Shown here: piece by piece, positions 12,109 to 21,517 of the stretch | Layout: each line of letters opens with the position of its first letter | How positions within the stretch are numbered: the stretch's first letter is position 1 | Assembly: GCA_044356525.1 (NCBI GenBank) | Contig: JBIKVZ010000002.1 | Span: 524,349 to 588,348 of the forward strand | Direction: 5' to 3' | Source of the DNA: Rickettsiales bacterium | Lineage (GTDB): Bacteria; Pseudomonadota; Alphaproteobacteria; Rickettsiales; RGZB01 | Length of the DNA stretch: 64,000 nt | Program-made: the position numbers and the translations under genes | Notes under the pieces: model-generated | What the model saw: the letters and a program-made list of their open reading frames with translations, nothing else | Database searches by the model: none | Told to the model about the DNA's origin: nothing

Positions 12109-13392
12109 TTAGGCATTTGTCGCAAGCACAGAACCTGCAAGGTAGAGTGAACCACATATCAAAATGCGACAGGGTGTGGTGCGCGTGAGGCAAATGCGAC
12201 GCACGGCTTCTTCCACATTGGCCGCCACTTCGGCCTTAAGACCCGCCGCTTCCGCCGCTTTTTTAATTTCAGCAGGGCTTTTCGCCCCAGGTTCACCTGG
12301 CACCAGCACAGCATACACTGCTTCTACTTTGCCTTTAAAAGGTTTGAGAAAATGTTCCGTCGCCTTGGTTTTGAGCATACCGCACACCAGATAGAGCGGT
12401 TTTTCGTTCCATTGCTGCGCGGCGTGTGCAGCAAGCATTTGCCCCGCCGCTTCATTATGCCCACCATCGAGCCACAGTTCGGTACCTTTATTCAGGAAAT
12501 GCTGCAACTGCCCACTGGTAAGGCGATGCATCCGTGCAGACCACTGCGCCAAACTGATGCCTGCGCTAATGGCCTTGTCTGTTATTTTAAATGTTTTGCT
12601 TAATTCCAGTGCAGCGGCGACTGCCGTGCCGGCATTATAATATTGGTGCTGACCTACCAAATGCGGTGGCGGTAATGAAAGCGTTTTGGAGCCAGAGCGA
12701 TAAGAGAATGATTTGCCCTGCACCTCAACTTGCCATTCCTTACCATAACGGATGAGTGGTGCGCGCTGCTTTTGTGCATATTGCTCTATCACCGCTTCTG
12801 CTTCCGCCACCTGCGGCCCTACTATACAGGGCACATCCTGTTTGATGATGGCAGCTTTCTCGCCTGCAATTTCGGCAATGGTGTTTCCCAAAAACTCCAT
12901 GTGATCCATCGAAATGGGCGTGATAACCGTGAGCACCGGTTTTTCAACCATGTTGGTGGAATCCAGCCTGCCGCCAAGCCCTACCTCAAGCAGCACAATA
13001 TCCGCCTGCACTTCCGCAAAGGCTTCAAACGCCGCCACCGTGGTGCCTTCAAAAAACGTGACGGTTATATTATTTTTCTCTGCCGCGATGCGACATTTTT
13101 CGAGCACTTCATGTAGAAAATTATCGGTGATTTTCTGACCCGCCAAAACAATGCGCTCGTTAAACTCCACCAGATGCGGCGAAGTATACACATGCACTTT
13201 TAAACCCGCTGCTTCAAGCATAGCACGCAGAAAGGCAATAAACGAACCTTTGCCGTTCGTGCCCGCCACATGCACCACGGGTGGAATTTTATAATGCGGG
13301 TTTCCAAGTACTTTTAACAGCGCATGATTGCGCTCTAAGCCAAGGTCGATGGGCTTACTGCCAAGTGGAATAGGCCAATGTGGTGTTTTCAT
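12109..13392 (-). CDS. folC: Folylpolyglutamate synthase / dihydrofolate synthase
   Basis: HVAGTNGKGS, YTSPHLVEFNERI, LEVGLGGRLDSTN, DGGHN, CGSLYLAG. Alternative GTG start at 13398. Confidence 0.96.
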   Translation of the reverse strand: MKTPHWPIPLGSKPIDLGLERNHALLKVLGNPHYKIPPVVHVAGTNGKGSFIAFLRAMLEAAGLKVHVYTSPHLVEFNERIVLAGQKITDNFLHEVLEKCRIAAEKNNITVTFFEGTTVAAFEAFAEVQADIVLLEVGLGGRLDSTNMVEKPVLTVITPISMDHMEFLGNTIAEIAGEKAAIIKQDVPCIVGPQVAEAEAVIEQYAQKQRAPLIRYGKEWQVEVQGKSFSYRSGSKTLSLPPPHLVGQHQYYNAGTAVAAALELSKTFKITDKAISAGISLAQWSARMHRLTSGQLQHFLNKGTELWLDGGHNEAAGQMLAAHAAQQWNEKPLYLVCGMLKTKATEHFLKPFKGKVEAVYAVLVPGEPGAKSPAEIKKAAEAAGLKAEVAANVEEAVRRICLTRTTPCRILICGSLYLAGSVLATNA

Positions 13393-13399
13393 AGACACC

Positions 13400-14122
13400 C
13401 TATTTTTTTAGAAACCACGATTTAGGCTGGAAACGGTATTTTACCAAACACCAGAGTGCTTCAACCCCATGCCACAGACGAATTTTTTTTCCTTCTTCCG
13501 TGGTGCGACTGTTATAGCGAATCGGCAGTTCGACAAAGCGCGCACCCATACGGCTAAGCTTGACGGTGATCTCAGGACAAAAACCAAAGCCTTCTTCGCG
13601 CAACTCTATCTTATTCAGTATTTCTGTGCGCAGCATTTTATAGCAGGTGGCTTCGTCCTGCAGCGGCCAGCCGGTTAACACCCTTGCAACCATGGTGAGT
13701 GTTTTGTTGCCGAAGCGGTGAAAAAATCCATTAAAGCTGCTGCCCTCAAAGAACCGATTGCCATAAACCGCATCTGCCTCACCCTTTAGCAGCGGGCTTA
13801 ACAATGCCGTGTAATCTTGGGGGTTATACTCAAGGTCGGCATCTTGAATCACCACTGCCGCGCCTTTCACCTGACCAAGCCCAGACCGAATGGCCGCACC
13901 CTTCCCGCGGTTTACGGGGTGAATAACCACCTCCACACGGGCATCGCGTGCTTTCCACGCCAATATTTTTTCTTGTGTTTTATCGGTGGAGCCATCATCT
14001 ACCACGATAAGCTGCATAACCTCAGGCTGTGCAAGCACCTGCGTGATGATAGTGTCGATATAGGCTGCCTCATTATAGGCAGGCATTACCACCGAGAGGC
14101 AGGCTGATTTATTGAGGGTCAT
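13400..14122 (-). CDS. Glycosyltransferase family 2 (DPM1/GtrB-like polyprenol-phosphate glycosyltransferase)
   Basis: VVMPAYNE, VDDGSTD, NRGKGAA, IQDADLEY, VYGNRF, DEATCYK, EGKKI. Confidence 0.92.
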   Translation of the reverse strand: MTLNKSACLSVVMPAYNEAAYIDTIITQVLAQPEVMQLIVVDDGSTDKTQEKILAWKARDARVEVVIHPVNRGKGAAIRSGLGQVKGAAVVIQDADLEYNPQDYTALLSPLLKGEADAVYGNRFFEGSSFNGFFHRFGNKTLTMVARVLTGWPLQDEATCYKMLRTEILNKIELREEGFGFCPEITVKLSRMGARFVELPIRYNSRTTEEGKKIRLWHGVEALWCLVKYRFQPKSWFLKK

Positions 14123-16004
14123 TTGAGTCCGTCTGTTTTGTATCAGCCCATCTTACAGCAAGAAGTTTGTAAGGTGAAACTTCATCTGCCAAACCTTCTG
14201 GTTTTCCGAGTGCCAGAAAAACAACCCGTATGCCCTGCTGATAGTTTTCATTGGTGGGGGCTTTAAAGCGTATGCGCTTGCCGCCCGGAATATCTTCTTC
14301 GCTAATGCGTTCTAGCATTTCTCGCTGCACTTTAGCCCTTACCCAATACCAATCACTATACGGAACTTTTACGCCATTGTTTATTTCCAAATCCACTTCT
14401 ACGAATTCAATGTCCTTTGCAAACAGCATAACAAGCGGTTTGGTTAAACCATTCTGACGATTCCAGCCTACACCATTGAAGCGAATGTTTTGCATCGAGG
14501 AAAGGAATGGATCCCCACGGCGAGTGCTTCTTTGATTTTGATTACTTGTGTACTCTGTCGGCAATGAAACGGATGCTTGTTTCTTCCGGTGCTGCATGGG
14601 GTCAACTAACGTATCGGGCCATGTTTCCCAACCACGACCGATGGTGCCAATAATCCATATGACAAGAATTAAGCCTGCCGCATAACGCAGCCACTCGTTT
14701 TTTAGTACGCCGCCTGCAAAAACGATAAGGCCTGCAATCATCACCGCAAACGCGGGGGCAAAGTCGGCGTAATACCGCGACGAAACGATGGGGTAACGCA
14801 AGTAAAAAAAGATGAAGAGTGCAACCGGAATGATGCCCCACAACGCTGCAATTCCAGGAATGCTTAATTCCAACGTTTTTTTCTGGTGAAAAGCCGTATA
14901 GGTTTTTTGCAAGTCATAAAAACCCACGGCAAGCGCCATAATAAAAAGCAGAAAATAAAAAGGGCTGTAAGTGTGGAAGTAGAGTTCACGCCAGCGAATT
15001 GTTTCAGATTGGAGCGGCATGAGTTGGGGGGAGAAAAATTCAAAATCAGGTGTTTCTGGTTTTGCAACCAAGAACATCCCACCGAACAATTCTTTTGCCG
15101 CACTGATAATGGGTTCATGCTGGTAAGGATAGTCAAAGCGCGTGGAGTACATCGCGCCATAAGAGGGGTGCAGATTGATGGCATGACCAAATTCAAGCGG
15201 GTGTTCAAATCGCACCCAATTTGTTAGCAACACCGCCGCGATACCAAGCAGCGCTGGCGTTGTAAAGAGAATGGTCTGTGCAAAAAACCGTGGCGTTGAT
15301 AATTTTTTATTTTTTGTGCGCAGAAGAATCAGGCCGCCTACACAAATCATTGCAATGGTATAAAATAAAAGCGTGGGGCGAATTAAAACGCCCAGCCCGG
15401 CCAGAAGGCATAGCACGCCATAAAACCGGCGTGATGGTTTGCGATGCAGAACTATTAGGCCTGCAAACAGCCCCGTTGCATATATGTATTGATAGATAAC
15501 GGCCTCTTCGTAAATATCGAGCCGCGTGCGCAAGAGTGTGACGAATATCGGCAAACATAAAATACTCAGCGCTGCCAAAAGCCATATCCAGAAGTTTTCT
15601 TCGCCCCCTTTAAGAGGCTTTTCCATGATAAATATCATGCGTGAGTAGCCTAGAAACACTCGTAAAACAACATACGCCCACAGCATGAGGGCAACCACCA
15701 GCGGAATCCGGTCAGGCAGCACATCAATGCCAAAAGCCTTGGTCACAAGGGTAAATGGCAAGCGCCATAGCGGTATACCAAGCCCCCAGACCTGCTGAAC
15801 GCCACCGCCGCTCCACGTCATATCCATGTCGAGATGCGCTGGGTCTTCAGAGAGCAAAAGCCGCCCATCTAAAAACGCATCCACTTGATGACGGTAATGC
15901 AGATTTTCTGATTCTAAACTCTCAAAAATGGGGCCCGTAAGCCAGCCGAGCAAAAGAATGAACAGAACGCTGCTCAATATTATGATTTTGTTCGAGATTT
16001 GCAT
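14109..16004 (-). CDS. Polytopic membrane protein, putative GT-C-fold glycosyltransferase
   Basis: 631 aa with roughly 10-12 hydrophobic helices, YEEA, LIRP and SSRYYADF motifs and a soluble C-terminal domain; stop overlaps the GT2 start. The function is inferred. Confidence 0.55.
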   Translation of the reverse strand: MQISNKIIILSSVLFILLLGWLTGPIFESLESENLHYRHQVDAFLDGRLLLSEDPAHLDMDMTWSGGGVQQVWGLGIPLWRLPFTLVTKAFGIDVLPDRIPLVVALMLWAYVVLRVFLGYSRMIFIMEKPLKGGEENFWIWLLAALSILCLPIFVTLLRTRLDIYEEAVIYQYIYATGLFAGLIVLHRKPSRRFYGVLCLLAGLGVLIRPTLLFYTIAMICVGGLILLRTKNKKLSTPRFFAQTILFTTPALLGIAAVLLTNWVRFEHPLEFGHAINLHPSYGAMYSTRFDYPYQHEPIISAAKELFGGMFLVAKPETPDFEFFSPQLMPLQSETIRWRELYFHTYSPFYFLLFIMALAVGFYDLQKTYTAFHQKKTLELSIPGIAALWGIIPVALFIFFYLRYPIVSSRYYADFAPAFAVMIAGLIVFAGGVLKNEWLRYAAGLILVIWIIGTIGRGWETWPDTLVDPMQHRKKQASVSLPTEYTSNQNQRSTRRGDPFLSSMQNIRFNGVGWNRQNGLTKPLVMLFAKDIEFVEVDLEINNGVKVPYSDWYWVRAKVQREMLERISEEDIPGGKRIRFKAPTNENYQQGIRVVFLALGKPEGLADEVSPYKLLAVRWADTKQTDSNDPQ

Positions 16005-16093
16005 AGCACGGGAAGATAGGTAAAGTTGGCATGAGAGTAAAGTTTAAATAGCCGCGTGCTCTTAAAAATCAACACCTTGTGCACAAAAGCGCC

Positions 16094-16108
16094 TTAATCC
16101 TTTGTTAA
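16094..16108. promoter_or_regulatory. CtrA-binding site (perfect TTAA-N7-TTAA)
   Basis: TTAA-TCCTTTG-TTAA ending 25 bp upstream of ATG 16134; TATATT at 16120-16125 is a plausible -10. Confidence 0.6.
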
Positions 16109-16133
16109 TTAATGTAAAGTATATTTAATAATT

Positions 16134-17387
16134 ATGAGAATACCGAAAAAAGCCGACCTTGATACTTATTTGGCGCTGGATAAATCTGTTCAGCAGGACA
16201 AGCTTACGCCGCCCGAAATCATGATGGTATTTGCTGCCGCACCGGGAATGCCTAATTCGATCAATACTAATGTCGGCGGGGTAGCACAGGCCAAAGCCAA
16301 CTGGCGGGATTATCTGGAAAACCATACCGACAAGCATCAGCGTGTAAAACCCCAAAATTTTTCTGAGCTTTATGAACTTGGTAGCAACCTCAGCGGAGGT
16401 CAGCCAGCCGTAGACTGGATGGTACAAGACTTCCACACGATGGCAGAAATTAACCCTACCGTGGCAAACTCCTTTGCCAAAGGCGGGCAGCGTATTCTCT
16501 TCACTGCTGACAGCAACATCATGGGCAGTGTTGGGATATGCTCGCACTATTTTGTTATAAAAGGACTGATGTACGATATTTCCTATCCTATAGAACTCCC
16601 CGATTATAAGCCTTATATCGCTTTGCCTTTTACCGACAATGTGCTGGTTCATGAGATGGGGCATGGTTTTGATAAATATCTTGAACACACCAACGCACCC
16701 GTGTTCGAAACGCTGGTAACGCTGGATAGGAACAACCCCAAAACCTCTGCCATCGACAAAAGCAAAGAGCGCGGCCTTGCCGACCAGCTGTGGATGATTA
16801 TGGTCACGCGCCATAACAGCACCTACACGGATAACAGCCGCTCAAGCCTTTCAGAACAATTCGCCATTTGCAGTGAATATTTTTTTGGCCATAAAGAGGC
16901 GCAGCCTGAGCGCTCACCCATGCTGGCTGCCTATTTTAATGATGTGGTGCTGCTCAGCCTTAAAATTATTGCATCTGATTTACCGAAGGCACAAAAGCTC
17001 GAAGGCTTAAGAATGCTCAAAGAGACCATCCATGAGCCGCCGGAAAAATACTTCGGGGCAGATGGCGCTGATATTTTCGCCAAAATGAAAGAACGGCAAC
17101 GCTACCGTGCTGACATGTTTCTTGGTAGATCCAATGAACCTTTTTTTGCCGCAGATGAAACATTGCTTGGAACATTAAATGCTGCCGCGCATGCAGCGCG
17201 CTATGATGACACACCGCATGTACGTGCGCTAAAAGACCGCGAAGCGGCAAAAGCCTACGATGCGGTAGAAAAAGTGCTGGTCGATGGCTTTGCCGCTGTT
17301 CGGCGCGATGTGATGGAAAAAATCGGGTTAGAGCTGACCCGTGAGCAGGAATCCTGCCACCTAAAATTCGGCGCGATTAAGCGCTAG
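16134..17387 (+). CDS. Hypothetical zinc metallopeptidase (HEXXH zincin, MtfA/M90- or ATLF-like)
   Basis: VLVHEMGHGFD followed ~55 aa later by SEQFAICSEYFF, resembling the third-ligand E-FA---E-FF helix; no signal peptide evident. Confidence 0.6.
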   Translation: MRIPKKADLDTYLALDKSVQQDKLTPPEIMMVFAAAPGMPNSINTNVGGVAQAKANWRDYLENHTDKHQRVKPQNFSELYELGSNLSGGQPAVDWMVQDFHTMAEINPTVANSFAKGGQRILFTADSNIMGSVGICSHYFVIKGLMYDISYPIELPDYKPYIALPFTDNVLVHEMGHGFDKYLEHTNAPVFETLVTLDRNNPKTSAIDKSKERGLADQLWMIMVTRHNSTYTDNSRSSLSEQFAICSEYFFGHKEAQPERSPMLAAYFNDVVLLSLKIIASDLPKAQKLEGLRMLKETIHEPPEKYFGADGADIFAKMKERQRYRADMFLGRSNEPFFAADETLLGTLNAAAHAARYDDTPHVRALKDREAAKAYDAVEKVLVDGFAAVRRDVMEKIGLELTREQESCHLKFGAIKR

Positions 17388-17811
17388 TATCTGACTTACG
17401 GTCTTGCAGGAATTTGTTGATACCCACTTCGTCGAGCATCAAGCCTTCGCGGCGGTCTTCCTCGGCTTGTTCCTCGCGCTCTTTGCGGTCTTTCATGATT
17501 TCATATTTTTTCTGCTCGGCAAACTCGGCGCGGATACGCTCTTCCTGAAAGCGGATTTTCTGCTCTGCATCCATAAGAATGCCTCTCAGCCTTTCGCGCG
17601 TTTGTATGGAGCGCTTGAGGTAGCTGGTGTAGGTAAACTGGCCTTCTTCTGACTCGCTCGCCAGTTTTTGCTCGGTCTGCATTTCTTTTTCAAGATTGGT
17701 GAGGTGCTTAACTGTTTGGTCGCGCGCGTCGAGTAAAATCGCCAACTCCTTGCGCATATCATCCAAGCGACGTTTATGAATTTTAATGAGTGTGCTGAGC
17801 GACTTCGTCAT
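17377..17811 (-). CDS. fliJ: Flagellar export protein FliJ
   Basis: [21 protein letters not shown]...[11 protein letters not shown]...LDEVG coiled coil; start overlaps the fliI stop. Confidence 0.85.
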   Translation of the reverse strand: MTKSLSTLIKIHKRRLDDMRKELAILLDARDQTVKHLTNLEKEMQTEQKLASESEEGQFTYTSYLKRSIQTRERLRGILMDAEQKIRFQEERIRAEFAEQKKYEIMKDRKEREEQAEEDRREGLMLDEVGINKFLQDRKSDTSA

Positions 17812-19166
17812 TTCTTAGGCTGCTGCTGCACAGTTTGCACCGGCTTCATGTTTAAAATCTTGCCGAGCTGCTGGTAACCTAGCTCCAGATTTGAGGCTTC
17901 TTCCGGCTGCTGGCGCAGGAAGTCTTCGAGCTTGTCGTGATAATAAATAGCCGAATCTACTTCGGGGTCACTACCCTTACGGTAGGCACCGAGTCTAATC
18001 AACTCTGACATGTCATTATAGGTTGCCATCAGCTGGCGCGCTTTTGTTACCATCTGATTTTCTTCCGGCGTGTTACAAGCGGGCATAGTACGCGACACGC
18101 TGCGCAGAATATTCACTGCCGGAAAACGCCCACGCTCGGCAATCAGCCTGTCGAGCACAATGTGCCCATCTAAAATACCGCGCACTGCGTCAGAAATCGG
18201 CTCGTTATGGTCGTCGCCTTCCACCAGCACGCTGAATAAGCCGGTGATGGAGCCCTTGCCTGTGCCCGGCCCTGCGCGCTCCAGCAATTTTGGCAGCTCA
18301 ACAAATACGGTTGGTGTGTAACCTTTTGTGGCAGGCGGCTCGCCTGCAGAAAGACCAATCTCGCGCTGTGCCATGGCAAAACGTGTAACGCTATCCATGA
18401 GGCAGAGCACTTCCTGCTCTTGGTCGCGGAAGAATTCAGCAATCGCCATAGTAAGATACGCCGCCTGCTTACGCACCAGCGCCGATTCATTTGAGGTTGC
18501 CACCACCACTACGGCTTTTTCAAGGCCTTCGGCACCCAGATATTCATGGATGAACTCGTGCACTTCGCGGCCACGTTCACCAATCAGCCCGATAACCTTT
18601 ACGTCTGCTGTGCAATATTTCGTCAGCATCGAAATCAGCATGGATTTACCTACGCCGGAGCCTGCAAAAATGCCCATACGCTGCCCACGGCAGCAAGTAA
18701 GGAATGTGTTCACGGCGCGCACACCTAAATCCATTTTGCCGCGCACCGGTAAACGCTTATGCGCCGGAGGCGGGTTCGCGCGGAACGGATACGCCACCTC
18801 GCCCATCTGCAGTGCGCCTTTTTCATCAATCGGTTCGGCAAATGCGTTAAGAATTCGGCCTTTCCACGCCATATGCGGGAAAGCGACGGCTTCGTTTTTC
18901 TCGATAATCACGCGGCAACCGCTGCCAATACCTTCAACGTCGGTAAACGGCATCATCATGGCGATGCCTGCACGCAGGCCCACCACTTCCACGCCCACTT
19001 CGCGGCCATTGGTGGTGACAATTCGGCAGCGCGAGCCAATGCTGACCATGCCTTCCAGGCCCGCGCACTCAATTAACAGACCCTGCACGGCGGTCACTTT
19101 GCCGTAGACTTCGCGGTCGTTAATTTCTTTAAGTTTGCGTATGCTAATGTCGATTGGGTCTGCCAC
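17808..19166 (-). CDS. fliI: Flagellar export ATPase FliI
   Basis: [56 protein letters not shown]. Confidence 0.96.
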   Translation of the reverse strand: MADPIDISIRKLKEINDREVYGKVTAVQGLLIECAGLEGMVSIGSRCRIVTTNGREVGVEVVGLRAGIAMMMPFTDVEGIGSGCRVIIEKNEAVAFPHMAWKGRILNAFAEPIDEKGALQMGEVAYPFRANPPPAHKRLPVRGKMDLGVRAVNTFLTCCRGQRMGIFAGSGVGKSMLISMLTKYCTADVKVIGLIGERGREVHEFIHEYLGAEGLEKAVVVVATSNESALVRKQAAYLTMAIAEFFRDQEQEVLCLMDSVTRFAMAQREIGLSAGEPPATKGYTPTVFVELPKLLERAGPGTGKGSITGLFSVLVEGDDHNEPISDAVRGILDGHIVLDRLIAERGRFPAVNILRSVSRTMPACNTPEENQMVTKARQLMATYNDMSELIRLGAYRKGSDPEVDSAIYYHDKLEDFLRQQPEEASNLELGYQQLGKILNMKPVQTVQQQPKK

Positions 19167-19224
19167 GGCGTAATCTACTGAAATACCTATGGTTTATAAA
19201 ACGCCTGTATGAAAATGAAACAAC

Positions 19225-19298
19225 TTAAGTTATTGTTTATTAAAAAAAAGTTACCATTTTTTACAAAACGGTAGTGTTTCCGTTAATAAAATGTTAAC
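19225..19298. promoter_or_regulatory. Cluster of CtrA-binding sites in the divergent fliI/ctrA promoter region
   Basis: Perfect TTAA-TAAAATG-TTAAC at 19283-19298; one-mismatch sites TTAA-N7-TTTA (19225-19239) and TTAA-N7-TTAC (19240-19254). CtrA autoregulation and control of flagellar genes are established in Caulobacter. Confidence 0.8.
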
Positions 19299-19376
19299 AT
19301 TTATACTATAGCGTGCTTTTGGTTAGGATAGCCACTTTCTGAACCTAAGTGCAACAAAATAGAGGGGGAGTTTGGG

Positions 19377-20183
19377 ATGCGAGTACTTCTGGTAGAAGAT
19401 GATCCGTCGACAGCCAAATCTATTGAACTCGCGTTGGCATCTGAGGGTATCGTCTGCGATACCGCCGCGCTGGGTGAAGAAGGGTTGGAAATCGGCCAAC
19501 TTTATGATTACGATATTGTAATCCTCGACATGATGCTCCCTGATATTGATGGTTTCGAGGTGCTGCGCCGCTTCCGCGCAAATAAAATTAAAACTCCCAT
19601 CCTCATTCTTTCCGGCTTAAATGGTTCTGACAGCAAAATCCGCGGCCTCGGCATCGGTGCTGACGACTATGTTACCAAGCCGTTTAATAAAGGTGAGCTG
19701 GTAGCCCGCATTCAGGCGATTGTTCGCCGTTCTAAGGGTCATTCTGAATCTGTTATCCGCACCGGTAAAGTCACCATTAATATGGATGAGCGCTCGGTGG
19801 TGGTGGATAACAAGCCGCTGCACCTGACGAGCAAGGAATATGCGATTCTTGAGCTGCTCTCCTTACGCAAAGGTACACCGATTACCAAAGAAATGTTCCT
19901 CAACCACCTGTATGGCGGCATTGATGAACCTGAACTGAAAATTATCGACGTGTTCGTGTGCAAGCTGCGCAAAAAATTGCAGGATGCCGCTGAAGGCGAA
20001 AATTATATCGAAACACTCTGGGGACGTGGTTACATTATGCGTGACCCTGAAACCGGTAAAGAACAAGAAGCTTCAGGTGCTGCCAAAGCCTCTGCTGGCA
20101 AAGCCACGGTCAATAAAGCCGCCGCTGCCGCCACAGGCAAGGGTACGCCGAAAAAAAAGCAGACACTGCTGGCTGAAGCTTAA
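19377..20183 (+). CDS. ctrA: Cell-cycle master response regulator CtrA
   Basis: MRVLLVEDD...[10 protein letters not shown]...[16 protein letters not shown]...[41 protein letters not shown]...[10 protein letters not shown]. Confidence 0.97.
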   Translation: MRVLLVEDDPSTAKSIELALASEGIVCDTAALGEEGLEIGQLYDYDIVILDMMLPDIDGFEVLRRFRANKIKTPILILSGLNGSDSKIRGLGIGADDYVTKPFNKGELVARIQAIVRRSKGHSESVIRTGKVTINMDERSVVVDNKPLHLTSKEYAILELLSLRKGTPITKEMFLNHLYGGIDEPELKIIDVFVCKLRKKLQDAAEGENYIETLWGRGYIMRDPETGKEQEASGAAKASAGKATVNKAAAAATGKGTPKKKQTLLAEA

Positions 20184-20206
20184 AAAAGTCCACCACAACC
20201 AAGAAG

Positions 20207-20236
20207 AAAAACGGGCGGTTTTACGCCCGTTTTTTT
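20207..20236 (+). terminator. Rho-independent terminator after ctrA
   Basis: AAAAACGGGCG-GTTTTA-CGCCCGTTTTTTT. Confidence 0.85.
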
Positions 20237-20314
20237 ATGCCCACACACCAGAATAAATTTTGGACAAGCGACGCTCACTTACGCTATGTTTGCGGGGAAT
20301 CAGAGATAAAAAGT

Positions 20315-20839
20315 ATGAAACGTATTTATATTCTGCGCCACGCTAAAGCAGGCCAGCCCCATAAAAAATTAATTTCCGACCATGGTCGCATTTTACACCC
20401 CAAGGGTATTAAAGCGTGCGAAGCTATCGGGCATTACCTGACCGCGATAAAAGCAGATTTCACGCAGGTGCTCTGCTCAGATGCCAAACGCACCACCCAC
20501 ACGGCAGAGCTAGTGCTGAAGCATTTCGGCAAAACCGTGCCCACGGAATACCGTCATGATATTTACCTCGCCAGCGCTGAAGAATTGATTGAAGTTATCC
20601 GGCAGACGGATGACGCACATAAAAGCGTTTTGCTGGTGGGACATAACCCCGGATTGCATTTACTTGCCATGCGCCTGACCGAACATGGCAACGAAACGCT
20701 CATCCACAGCATGACAGAAAACTTCCCCACTGGCGTATTAGCGGTGATTGAGTTGGATTCTGATACATGGTGGGATGCGTATAAAGCAGAAGGCACGCTG
20801 AAGCATTTCACTTTCCCGAGAGAACTCGACAGCGAATAG
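20315..20839 (+). CDS. sixA: SixA-like phosphohistidine phosphatase
   Basis: MKRIYILRHAKA, CSDAKRT, LLVGHNPG, FPTG. Start set at ATG 20315. Confidence 0.88.
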   Translation: MKRIYILRHAKAGQPHKKLISDHGRILHPKGIKACEAIGHYLTAIKADFTQVLCSDAKRTTHTAELVLKHFGKTVPTEYRHDIYLASAEELIEVIRQTDDAHKSVLLVGHNPGLHLLAMRLTEHGNETLIHSMTENFPTGVLAVIELDSDTWWDAYKAEGTLKHFTFPRELDSE

Positions 20840-20844
20840 CCGCG

Positions 20845-21516
20845 TTATAAAAGAGAGTTTTGCCCAAAAGCTTTTTCGAGCACTTCGCGCGCCAACGCGA
20901 TGGTGATGTTGCGGCGCTGTTCTAGCGAGGTGCTGTCGAGTGCCGTGATAACATCCATTGCCGCACTGAAGGTGCGTGGCATACGTGCAATGAGGTAATT
21001 CACCACTTCAGGCGATACTTTAAGTTGGCGGTCGGCGAGTTGCTTCAGCAGCACTGTGCGAAGCAACGTATCATCTGGCGCATCAATGCGCACACGCTGT
21101 GCCGCCAGCAAACGGGAGCGTAAATCTGGCAAGCGTAGCGGCAGCGATTCTAATTCCACTTCAGAGGTCAGCAATATTTTACCCCCCTGCTCCTTGATGT
21201 GATTAAGCAGATGAAATAATGCCGTTTCAGATGCAAGCTGCTCGATATTTTCTACCACCACGAAACGTAGTTGCGGCTCTAATGCCTGCTCGGCAAGCTT
21301 CGCCGCATTTAAAAATGTAGCCTGATGCTGCGCCGCCCAAATAGACGCCAAGTGCGTTTTACCAGATGCTGCCGCCCCCACCAGTACGAGCGCATGGCCC
21401 ATCCACGGCGTATCGTTCAGCAGCAACGCAGCGGCAGCTGTGTTGGCGTTAGACACCACATAATTTTCGGCAGAGTAGTCGGCCTTGCTTTCAAAACGCA
21501 ATGGTTGCTGCGGCAT
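20845..21516 (-). CDS. hdaA: DnaA regulatory inactivator HdaA
   Basis: N-terminal clamp-binding-like QQPLRF, YVVSNAN, GAAASGKTHL, LFHLLN, LPDLRSRL; hdaA-perM-DUF2066-purM synteny. Confidence 0.88.
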   Translation of the reverse strand: MPQQPLRFESKADYSAENYVVSNANTAAAALLLNDTPWMGHALVLVGAAASGKTHLASIWAAQHQATFLNAAKLAEQALEPQLRFVVVENIEQLASETALFHLLNHIKEQGGKILLTSEVELESLPLRLPDLRSRLLAAQRVRIDAPDDTLLRTVLLKQLADRQLKVSPEVVNYLIARMPRTFSAAMDVITALDSTSLEQRRNITIALAREVLEKAFGQNSLL

Positions 21517-21517
21517 G

